DNA of 64,000 nt. It comes from an uncultured Candidatus Entotheonella sp. GTDB lineage: Bacteria; Tectomicrobia; Entotheonellia; Entotheonellales; Entotheonellaceae. Positions 11,538 through 20,982 of the stretch are shown piece by piece (the stretch's first letter is position 1; every line of letters begins with the position of its first letter). The stretch spans positions 1,376,001 to 1,440,000 of the forward strand of contig CBDCDA010000001.1 of the NCBI GenBank assembly GCA_965215335.1. Direction: 5' to 3'. Made by a program: the position numbers and the translations under genes. The notes beneath the pieces are model-generated. The model worked only from the letters and a program-made list of their open reading frames with translations. It was not told where the DNA came from and did no database searches.

Positions 11538-12397
11538 ATGAAGAAAACGCCTTTGTATCCGGTCCACAAAACCCTCAACGCCAGATTCACCCAATTCGGC
11601 GGATGGGAGATGCCACTCCACTACAGCAGTATGGTAGCGGAGCATCTTGCTGTCCGTACCAACGTCGGTTTGTTCGACCTGTCGCACATTGGGCGAGATA
11701 GAGGTCCGCGGGCAGGGGGCTGACGAATTGGTGCAAAAGCTTATCACTAACGACTCAAGCCGGTTAACTGATGGCCGAGTCCTCTATACGCCCCTCTGCA
11801 ATGAAACAGGCGGAATAGTTGATTATGTGCTGGTTTACCGACACACTGACAACCGCTACATGCTGGTCGCAAATGCCGCTAACGCCGAGAAAGATCTGGC
11901 ATGGCTGGAAACCCACAACGATACAGGAGCAGAACTGACGGACCTGAGCGACGATACCGTCTTAATCGCGCTTCAGGGGCTCGAATGCCATCTCCATTTT
12001 GACTTCATTGGTTTCCGATTGAGCCGGGCTCAGTCGGTTTGTCAGTCTCGACAAGGGGCAATTCATCGGCCTGGATGCACTCCTCGGGCAGCAAGAGAGG
12101 CGGCGCGGGAATCGAAACGGCAAGGGGTTCGTGCGACGGTTGGTAGGATTCCGGATGTTTGACCGTGCAGTAGCACGCACAGGCCATGCTGTCTACCAGA
12201 ATGGTGCCTCCGTTGGTACGGTGACAAGCGGGGATCCCTCACCGAGTCTCGAATGCAACATCGGCTTCGCGTCCATCTCTCGGCGTATCGAGAAAGAAAT
12301 CGGCCAAAGAATCGATCCTGCGATCGAAATTGACATCCGAGGCAAACTGCGCCTTGCGCAAATCATCAAAACCCCTTTTTATACGTACTTGCCGTGA
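11538..12397 (+). pseudogene. gcvT: Glycine cleavage T protein remnant
   Basis: MKKTPLY...FGGWEMP...FDLSH, frameshift near 11695, ...LIALQG, then a missing central part, then the C-terminal VTSG..SPSL...IRGK...PF. Confidence 0.85.
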
Positions 12398-12567
12398 CCT
12401 CAAATTTTCGCTTGAGGGTTAAGAACGACGTCGCAATTGTCGGCGTCACGGACTATACCAAATCTCAATCTGAAAATTCAGGACTATTGTCTACTTCGGA
12501 CCACCCGAGATAGACACCGCAGGACAATAGAAAGACAAGCAGACAGCTACCGAACTCACATTGAGTG

Positions 12568-12982
12568 GGACCCATAGGCGTTAAACGACATCTTGTTGAT
12601 TTTTTACCGACGCATCCAATTGTCCCAAGAAGGGCGAGCCCTGATAGCGACACCGGTATCGGCCCCGTCTCCGCAGCCCCGTGGGGAAGCCCCGGCATCC
12701 TCCCTGCCTCTTGGGCATAATACATTGCCATGATGGGTGCCGGAGGCTTAAAATCTGCAACGGAGGTCGCTATTCTCAACGCCGACTATATCGCCAGGCA
12801 GTTGGCATCTCACTACCCGATCCTCTACACGGGAAAAAATGGACGCGTCGCCCACGAGTGCATCATCGACCTGCGCAACTTCAGGAAAACCGCCGACATA
12901 GACGTGGCCAATGTCGCAAAACGCCTTATGGACTACGGGTTTCACGCCCCAACCGTTTCCTGGCCGGTCCCCGGAACAATGA
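12568..12982 (+). pseudogene. gcvP: Internal fragment of glycine dehydrogenase (P protein)
   Basis: GPIGVKRHL...SAAPWGS...(in-frame TAA)...YIAMMG...AHECIID...[21 protein letters not shown]; both ends missing. Confidence 0.85.
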
Positions 12983-12991
12983 GGAAACAGC

Positions 12992-13978
12992 ATGACGAAA
13001 GAGCGGATTCTGAGTGGCATGCGGTCGTCCGGCGCGCTGCACCTGGGCAACCTTCTCGGTGCCCTGCAAAACTGGGTGCAGTTGCAGAAGGATTACGAAG
13101 CCTTCTACTTCATCGCTGACTGGCACGCCCTGACCACCGGCTACGCGGATACGGCTCAGATTCGCACCTGGGTGCGAGAAATCGCCATCGACTACCTCAG
13201 CGCCGGGCTCGACCCGGACGAAAGCGTGCTGTTCGTCCAGTCGCAGGTGCCGGAGCACGCCGAGCTGCACCTGCTGCTGTCGATGCTGACGCCGCTCGCC
13301 TGGCTGGAGCGCGTGCCGACGTTCAAGGAGCAGCAGCAGGAGCTCAAGGACCGCGAGATCAATACCTACGGTTTCCTCGGCTACCCCTTGCTGCAAACCG
13401 CCGACATCATCATGTACAAGGCCAACTGGGTTCCCGTGGGTGCCGATCAGGTGTCGCACGTGGAGCTCAGCCGCGAGATCGTGCGACGCTTCAACCACAC
13501 TTACGACCGCGCCGTCTTTCCGGAGCCGCAGCCGAAATTGACCGAGGTGCCCAAGCTGCCGGGGCTCGATGGGCGCAAGATGAGCAAGAGCTACGACAAC
13601 GTCATCTACCTGTCCGACAGCCCGGAGGCGCTGGCGAAGAAGGTCAAGGTGATGATGACCGACCCGGCACGCAAGCGGAGGACTGACCCCGGCGACCCGG
13701 AACTCTGCCCCGTGTTCGACTTCCATCGCATCTACAGCACCGAGGCGGAGCAGCAGGAGGTGGCGCAGGGCTGCCGCACCGCGAGCATCGGCTGCATCGA
13801 CTGCAAGAGCAAGCTGATCAGCCGCATGGTGGAGGACCTGCAGCCCCTGCATGAAAAACGCGCCCACTACACAGCGCATCCGGATGAGGCGATGGATGTG
13901 ATGCGCGACGGCAGCCGGCGCGCCCGCCAGGTCGCGCAGGAAACGATGGCGGCAGTGCGCGACGCCATGCATATCTGA
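12992..13978 (+). CDS. trpS: Tryptophanyl-tRNA synthetase
   Basis: [25 protein letters not shown]. Confidence 0.96.
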   Translation: MTKERILSGMRSSGALHLGNLLGALQNWVQLQKDYEAFYFIADWHALTTGYADTAQIRTWVREIAIDYLSAGLDPDESVLFVQSQVPEHAELHLLLSMLTPLAWLERVPTFKEQQQELKDREINTYGFLGYPLLQTADIIMYKANWVPVGADQVSHVELSREIVRRFNHTYDRAVFPEPQPKLTEVPKLPGLDGRKMSKSYDNVIYLSDSPEALAKKVKVMMTDPARKRRTDPGDPELCPVFDFHRIYSTEAEQQEVAQGCRTASIGCIDCKSKLISRMVEDLQPLHEKRAHYTAHPDEAMDVMRDGSRRARQVAQETMAAVRDAMHI

Positions 13979-14002
13979 GCGGGCGCACGGCAGGGAGCAG
14001 GG

Positions 14003-14497
14003 ATGCAAGTACGCAGCAGATGGCGCCTGCTGGGCTGGGTTGCCGGCCTCGTCCTGGCCCTCGATCAAGCCACCAAGCTTCACATCCACAACACCTTCGC
14101 GCTGTACGAATCCCGCCCGCTGGTGGAGAACTTCTTCGCCCTCACCTACGTGCGCAATCCCGGATCTGCCTTCGGCCTGCTGGCGCGCTACGACCCGGAC
14201 GTTCTGCGCATCTTCTTCCCGGCTATCACCGTGCTGGCGGTGGCGCTTCTGGTGTGGTACTTGTGGCGCCTGCCGGCCTCCCAGACCCTGACGCTGTGGG
14301 GCGTCTGCCTGGTGATCGGCGGCGCCGGTGGCAACGGCATCGACCGCTTCCGCATCGGGCAGGTGATCGACTTTCTCGACGTGCATTGGTATGACGTCTA
14401 CCATTGGCCCGCCTTCAACGTGGCCGACAGCGCCATTTGCGTGGGCGTAGGGTTGCTGGTCCTCGACGCGCTCCGCACCGCGAGGGTCGGAAGCTGA
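14003..14497 (+). CDS. lspA: Lipoprotein signal peptidase II
   Basis: DQATK, NPGSAFG, GNGIDR, VIDF, FNVADSAI. Confidence 0.95.
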   Translation: MQVRSRWRLLGWVAGLVLALDQATKLHIHNTFALYESRPLVENFFALTYVRNPGSAFGLLARYDPDVLRIFFPAITVLAVALLVWYLWRLPASQTLTLWGVCLVIGGAGGNGIDRFRIGQVIDFLDVHWYDVYHWPAFNVADSAICVGVGLLVLDALRTARVGS

Positions 14498-15456
14498 GCG
14501 CGGGCCAACGGTTCACCCTGGCCGTCGCGGCTGAAGACGCCGGCACGCGGCTCGACAAGTATCTGGCGTCGCGCCTCACCGATCTGTCGCGCACGCAAGT
14601 CCAGCGTCTCATCCAGGAGGGTCGGGCGACCGTCGCGAACGGCCCGCTGACCGCCAGCCACCGGGTACACGAGGGCGAAACCATTGATCTGCACGTCCCG
14701 CCGCCGCGACCGTCCGATCTTGCCGCCGAGCCCCTGGCGCTGAACATCCTCCACGAAGACGACGATCTGCTGATAATCGACAAGCCCGCCGGTCTGGTGG
14801 TCCATCCGGCGCCTGGGCATCCCAGCGGCACACTGGTCAACGCGCTGCTGTTTCACTGCCGGTCGCTCTCGGGTATCGGCGGCGAGGAACGTCCAGGCAT
14901 CATCCACCGGCTGGACAAGGACACCTCCGGGCTACTGGTGGTGGCCAAGCACGACCGCAGCCATCGCCATTTGGCGGCGCAGCTCAAGGCGCGCAAGCTG
15001 CAGCGGCGCTATCAGGCGCTCGTGCATGGCGCGATGCCGGCGCAAGAGGGAACGATCGACGCGCCGATTGGCCGCCATCCCGCCCAGCGCAAGAAGATGG
15101 CCGTCGTGGTGAGCGGCGGGCGGGCGGCGCGCACCCATTACCGGGTGCTTGAAGCGTGGGCCGGTCTCAGCCTGCTGGAGTTGGCCTTGGAGACGGGCCG
15201 CACGCATCAAATCCGTGTCCACCTGGCTTCCCTCGGCCACCCCGTTCTGGGCGACGCCACTTACGGACCCGGCGCCCGCCGCTGGCCGGGCCGGGCCGCG
15301 CTGGAGCAGGCCTTGCGGGCCTTTCCGCGACAGGCTCTGCACGCTGCGCAGGTGCGATTTCAGCACCCGACGCACGACGGCTGCATGATGTTTTCGTCGC
15401 CCGTTCCGACGGACATGGCGGCGCTTCTGGCGCAATTGCGCGGGCTTTCCGGCTGA
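14494..15456 (+). CDS. rluD: RluA/RluD family 23S rRNA pseudouridine synthase (S4 + catalytic domain)
   Basis: RLDKYLA, KPAGLVVHP, HRLDKDTSG, TGRTHQIRVH. Start inferred at a CTG overlapping the lspA stop. Confidence 0.9.
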   Translation: MSAGQRFTLAVAAEDAGTRLDKYLASRLTDLSRTQVQRLIQEGRATVANGPLTASHRVHEGETIDLHVPPPRPSDLAAEPLALNILHEDDDLLIIDKPAGLVVHPAPGHPSGTLVNALLFHCRSLSGIGGEERPGIIHRLDKDTSGLLVVAKHDRSHRHLAAQLKARKLQRRYQALVHGAMPAQEGTIDAPIGRHPAQRKKMAVVVSGGRAARTHYRVLEAWAGLSLLELALETGRTHQIRVHLASLGHPVLGDATYGPGARRWPGRAALEQALRAFPRQALHAAQVRFQHPTHDGCMMFSSPVPTDMAALLAQLRGLSG

Positions 15457-15596
15457 GGCGCGGCACTTTTCGTCCTGTATTCCGGGGTGCGCGTCGTGTA
15501 CTATAGGACCTCCCGGCCCTTCCCAGGCCCCGAATGGATCCGCACGCCCCGTAGTCGGCGCTGCCGAATCACACGATTACCCGAGGAAATGATCTT

Positions 15597-16586
<990 letters not shown>

Positions 16587-16628
16587 GCCGGCGTCGGCCG
16601 GCTGGGCTCTGCGTTTTGATCCTCTGGC

Positions 16629-16758
16629 ATGCTTCCACCCGACGTTTTCAAGCACGTGCGCCAGATTCATATCCGCACCAGCCGCTTGGTGCAGGACGTC
16701 CTGGGAGGCGAATATCATCGCCTTCAAGGGCCGGGGGATGGAATTTTCCGAGGTGTGG
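16629..16758 (+). pseudogene. N-terminal remnant of DUF58 protein
   Basis: VRQIHIRTSRLVQDVLGGEYH, frameshift, FKGRGMEFSEV, then truncated. Confidence 0.75.
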
Positions 16759-16795
16759 GAGGAGGAGGGAATAGCCTGCGCAACGCTCCTAAAGG

Positions 16796-16900
16796 GTCTC
16801 ATTCCAGGCTTGACCCGGAATCCAGTGACCTGGAATCAGATCCGGGGGCAGACTCTTGGCGATCCAAAAACCTCCTGACCCCCGGCTTTCGCCGGAGTGA
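16796..16900. repeat. REP-like double-hairpin palindromic element
   Basis: ATTCCAGGCTTGACCCGGAATCCAG ... CCCCGGCTTTCGCCGGAGTGA, resembling GTCATTCC..GGAATCCA / CCGGCTTTCGCCGG repeats. Confidence 0.55.
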
Positions 16901-16939
16901 GGTGGATTTGCCCGGGGTCGTATACAAAGGCGAGCGTAG

Positions 16940-18004
16940 ATGAGGCATCTCGGCGGGGTGTTTCGGATTGATCTTGGCGGACGGTTCACCTGGCTGTCGG
17001 TCTTGGCGTGCCTTGTTGTCCTGATGGCGTCGCAGGCGGCCGCACAGCAGCCGGGCGTCGCGGTCGAGGAGTCACTTGAGCAGCACGTCGCCGAGAGCAA
17101 CGTGATCGTCACCCTGGCCGCCGACCGGCGCAGCATGGGAATGGCCGATCAACTGCGGGTGACCCTGTTGGTCACGGCGCCGCCTGACAAGGCCGTCATT
17201 TTCCCGGAGGTCTTCGACCGCCTCGGCCCCTTCCTGGTGCGCAACCACTTCACGCCCGACTCCGAAATACTGGATCCGCAGATTCGCCAGTGGCAGCGGG
17301 AGTACCTCCTGGAAGTCGAGGATGTCGGCGACCTTGCCATTCCGTCGTTGACGGTCACCCTCTTCGAGGAGGGGGCTGCCGAGGATGCGGTGCCGCAACA
17401 ACTGAGCACGGAGCCGTACCGGGTCGTCGTCACCTCGATTCTGCCGGCGGAAGCCGACGTCAAAAAACCCAAAGACATCGCGCCACCGGTCGAATTGGCT
17501 TGGCGCGGCCTGTCGGCGTGGGCCTGGATCATCATCGCCGCAGCGCTCGTGCTCGGCGTGCTGGCGATCCTGTGGTGGCGGCGAGCGCACCGCCGGCGCC
17601 TGCTTCGCGGCGCGCCGTTGCAACCGGCGCACGTGCTGGCCCTGGCCGCTCTGGATCGATTGCAGAGCGACGACCTCATCACCCTGCAACGCATCGAGGA
17701 GTTCTACGTGCGGGTATCCGGTATCCTGCGGCACTACATCGAATGGCGCTTCGGCCTGAGCGCCCCCGAGCAGACCACCGAGGAGTTTCTCGATGTCACG
17801 TTCGTTGCCGGTGGGCCTATCGCCGCGCACCGCGACTTGCTCGGCGCTTTCCTGGAACACTGCGACCTGGTGAAATTCGCCCGCCATCAGCCCGCTTCCG
17901 ACGACATGCAGAACGCACTGCAACGGGCGCGTGACTTCATCGAGCAAACGGCTGACCCGGCGTCCCTCGTCAGCACCGAAGCGGCGGGAGCCTACGCTGC
18001 ATGA
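16940..18004 (+). CDS. BatD/DUF4381-like membrane-anchored protein of the moxR-bat operon
   Basis: Signal peptide, Ig-like region, TM helix, YIEWRFG..APEQTTEEFL, DLVKFARH. Confidence 0.75.
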   Translation: MRHLGGVFRIDLGGRFTWLSVLACLVVLMASQAAAQQPGVAVEESLEQHVAESNVIVTLAADRRSMGMADQLRVTLLVTAPPDKAVIFPEVFDRLGPFLVRNHFTPDSEILDPQIRQWQREYLLEVEDVGDLAIPSLTVTLFEEGAAEDAVPQQLSTEPYRVVVTSILPAEADVKKPKDIAPPVELAWRGLSAWAWIIIAAALVLGVLAILWWRRAHRRRLLRGAPLQPAHVLALAALDRLQSDDLITLQRIEEFYVRVSGILRHYIEWRFGLSAPEQTTEEFLDVTFVAGGPIAAHRDLLGAFLEHCDLVKFARHQPASDDMQNALQRARDFIEQTADPASLVSTEAAGAYAA

Positions 18005-18445
18005 GCCTGGAGAATCCCCTGGCGCTGCCAGGGCTTCTTCTTGTGCTTCTTGTTTTCTTTTTCAGCCGCCACCGTCGGCTATTCCACCCTGCACGATCTG
18101 ACCACCCTCCCCCGCTCCGTCATGATCCGCCTGCGCGAGGCGCTGCCCCTGCTGCGTGCCCTCGTGCGGGTCCTCTGTGTGGCGGTGCTGCCTTGTTCCG
18201 CCTTCTGTCCACGCTCCACGCTGATGATGCATCATCGCAACCCCCCGGGGCGCCATGGCGTCATAGTGGCGCGGGAAGCCGCGGTGCGCAAAGACAACGG
18301 CGACAGCTACGCGCTTCAACTGGCGCAACCGCTACGCTCCGGCACGGAATTCACGGTCCTGGAAACGCGCGGTGTCTGGCTGCGCGTTCGGCTCGAAAAT
18401 GGCGCCCAAGGCTGGATTCGTCGCGGGCACGCGGTCGTGTGGTGA
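18001..18445 (+). pseudogene. Fused remnant: BatA-like (VWA) N-terminus joined to a BatE-like SH3 C-terminus
   Basis: MSLENPLALPGLL.../VGYSTL...PLLRAL, then LRSGTEFTVLETRGVWLRVRLENGAQGWI. Confidence 0.6.
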
Positions 18446-18567
18446 GGCCTCGTGAATTTGATATTGCGGTATCGTATGGCCGGTGATAGAGTTTCGGGCT
18501 GTCTCAGACAACCCAAGCCGCTCTTGTTCAAAATCGCCACCTCGGTTCAGAGCTGGAGGAGCCCGTC

Positions 18568-19398
18568 ATGGAAGCAGCATTCATCACGCTACTGGTCTTG
18601 TCAGCCGGCATTTTCGTCGTCGGCATGATTGGTGGCTACATCCCGTTGTACAGGGAATGGAGTGCTGACAAATTGTCGTTGATGGTCGCCTTTGGTGGCG
18701 GCACCCTGTTCGCCGCGGCGCTGTTCCTGATGCTGCCGGAGGGCTGGGAGCACATCGAAGAGGGCCTGCCGTGGGCCGGTGTGGAGGCCGGTTTCGTGGT
18801 GGCGGTAGCGGTCACGGTCGGTTTTCTGCTCATGTACCTGCTCGAAAACCTCGCGCTGCCCCATCTCGGCCACGACCACGAAGAACACCTCGGCCACAGC
18901 GGGTCGGCGCACGCTGCCGAGTCACCGAGTGAACGCGCCGTGCATCAGGTGGGCGGCCTGAGCGCCTTCATCGCGTTGTCCATGCACACGCTCATCGACG
19001 GTATCGCGCTGGGTACGGCGGTGGCGGGCGGCGACGACTTCGCCTTGGGCGGCCTGGTGTTCATGGCGATTATCTTCCACAAGATGCCCGCCGCCTTTTC
19101 GCTGACCTCGGCTTTGAAGGCCGACCACTACCCGAACCGCACGGCCCTCACCTACCTCACCCTATTCAACGCCATGGTGCCGGTGGGTGCGGTGCTGGCT
19201 TTCCTGGTGCTTTTCGGCCTGCCCGTGTGGCTCTTGGGAGCCATGCTGGGCTTCTCGGCCGGTACGTTCATCCACGTGGCCACCAGTGACCTGTTGCCGG
19301 TCATTCACAGGCAGCATAGCGGCAAGGTATTGCTCAGCGCCGTGGTCATTCTCGGGGTCTTGTTCATGGCGGCATTCGGCTGGATAGGCGTTGGTTGA
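18568..19398 (+). CDS. ZIP-family divalent metal transporter
   Basis: His-rich loop, HTLIDG, HKMPAAF, multiple TM helices. Confidence 0.9.
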   Translation: MEAAFITLLVLSAGIFVVGMIGGYIPLYREWSADKLSLMVAFGGGTLFAAALFLMLPEGWEHIEEGLPWAGVEAGFVVAVAVTVGFLLMYLLENLALPHLGHDHEEHLGHSGSAHAAESPSERAVHQVGGLSAFIALSMHTLIDGIALGTAVAGGDDFALGGLVFMAIIFHKMPAAFSLTSALKADHYPNRTALTYLTLFNAMVPVGAVLAFLVLFGLPVWLLGAMLGFSAGTFIHVATSDLLPVIHRQHSGKVLLSAVVILGVLFMAAFGWIGVG

Positions 19399-19497
19399 GC
19401 GTGTTATGATCTGCCGCTTCCCGGGCCCGACGCCCGGAATCCCACAAGGGCGTGGGAGGGCCAACTTCGCAACACTCCATCAAGGAAGGATTGAGGG

Positions 19498-20607
19498 ATG
19501 AAGCAAGAAGAGGTGCTGCAGCGCCAAGATGACAACTCCATGTCGCGGCGGACATTTGTGCAGGCCGCCGCCTCCCTGGCCGCCATCACGGCGATGGCAT
19601 CGGATGCCTTCGCCCGCAATTTCAGCCCGGGCGCGGACCCGGTGCGCTACCCCGAGCCCGACGTCGTGCCTCTCGACAAGCGCTTCAGATACAAACTCGG
19701 CAACACCCCCATCATGCGGCTGTACACCGGCACGTTGTGGGCCGAGGGCCCGGCCTGGAACGGAGTCGGGCGCTACCTGCTGTGGAGCGATATTCCCAAC
19801 AACGAGCAGTTGCGCTGGATCGAGGAAGACGGTCATGTGTCCCGGCAGTTCCGCTACCCCTCCGGCAACAGCAACGGCAACACCTTCGACTACCAGGGGC
19901 GACAGATCGCCTGTGAGCACGGCAACCGCCGCGTAGTGCGCTACGAGTATGACGGTACCATTACCGTGTTGGCCGATTCATTCGGCGGCAAGCCGTTCAA
20001 CGCGCCGAATGACGCCGTGGTGCATCCCAACGACGGCGCCATCTGGTTCACCGACCCCGGCTACGGCAGCCTGATGAATTACGAGGGTAACAAGGCGGAT
20101 ACGGGCTCGGTTCAGCCCTACCAGAAGGAAGCCATTTACCGAATTGACGCCCAGACGGGCAACATCACCAAGGTGACGGACGAAATCTACAAGCCCAACG
20201 GTCTGTGTTTTTCGAACGATTACACCAAGCTGTACGCCGCCGACACCGGTGCCTCGCACTATCCGGGCGCACCGCAGGACATCAAGGTGTGGGACATCGT
20301 CGACGGCACGAGCCTGAAGAACACCCGGCAGTTTGCGAGCATGGAGTTCGACGGCAAGGCCGGTTTTGCCGACGGCATCCGGGCGGACGAGGACGGCAAC
20401 ATCTGGGCCAGCGCCGGCTGGGTTGGCGACGGCTACGACGGCGTGCACATCTTCGCGCCGAACGGCGACCGCATCGGCCACATCCGCCTGCCCGAAATCT
20501 GCTCCAACGTGTGTTTCGGCGGCACCAAGCGCAACCGCCTGTTCATGACCGGCAGCCAGTCGCTGTACGCCGTTTACGTTGAAACGAAAGGCGCCCACAT
20601 CTCCTAA
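19498..20607 (+). CDS. Tat-exported SMP-30/gluconolactonase family protein
   Basis: SRRTFV Tat motif; WAEGPAW, SNGNTFD, PND, FTDP, PNGLCFS, DGIRAD. Confidence 0.92.
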   Translation: MKQEEVLQRQDDNSMSRRTFVQAAASLAAITAMASDAFARNFSPGADPVRYPEPDVVPLDKRFRYKLGNTPIMRLYTGTLWAEGPAWNGVGRYLLWSDIPNNEQLRWIEEDGHVSRQFRYPSGNSNGNTFDYQGRQIACEHGNRRVVRYEYDGTITVLADSFGGKPFNAPNDAVVHPNDGAIWFTDPGYGSLMNYEGNKADTGSVQPYQKEAIYRIDAQTGNITKVTDEIYKPNGLCFSNDYTKLYAADTGASHYPGAPQDIKVWDIVDGTSLKNTRQFASMEFDGKAGFADGIRADEDGNIWASAGWVGDGYDGVHIFAPNGDRIGHIRLPEICSNVCFGGTKRNRLFMTGSQSLYAVYVETKGAHIS

Positions 20608-20649
20608 CCCCACCCGCCTGATTGGCTCCGGCCGGCTACTCCCCGCGTT

Positions 20650-20935
20650 CCGGCCGGAGATTTAGCTTCTCTGCCTTGTCCCGCTGGGTGCTCCCCTATG
20701 CTGAGAGCGCTGTGCGCTTTTGGTGCCGCGGGCAAACCGAAGGTACAGCCGCTCGCCTTCGTCAGAATCGATCAGAACGGCCCAGTCCGGGTCGTAGCTG
20801 CCGAGCGGTGTCGGCACCCGGAACCATCCCGGAAGCCTGGCGTACACTAAAAGATGACCTGCTCGTAGACCGACTTTGTCGTATCGAGCATGTTTTTCAG
20901 ATGGCCGATCAACTCTTCCTTGCCATTGCGGCAAT
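20650..20935 (-). pseudogene. C-terminal remnant of a type III restriction (Res) subunit
   Basis: KSVYEQV...VYARLPGWFRVPTPLGSYDPDWAVL, split across frames. Confidence 0.65.
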
Positions 20936-20982
20936 CGGAGAGCCCCGTCGCAAGGAGAACGTCAATCCTCCTTTGCTTGAGT

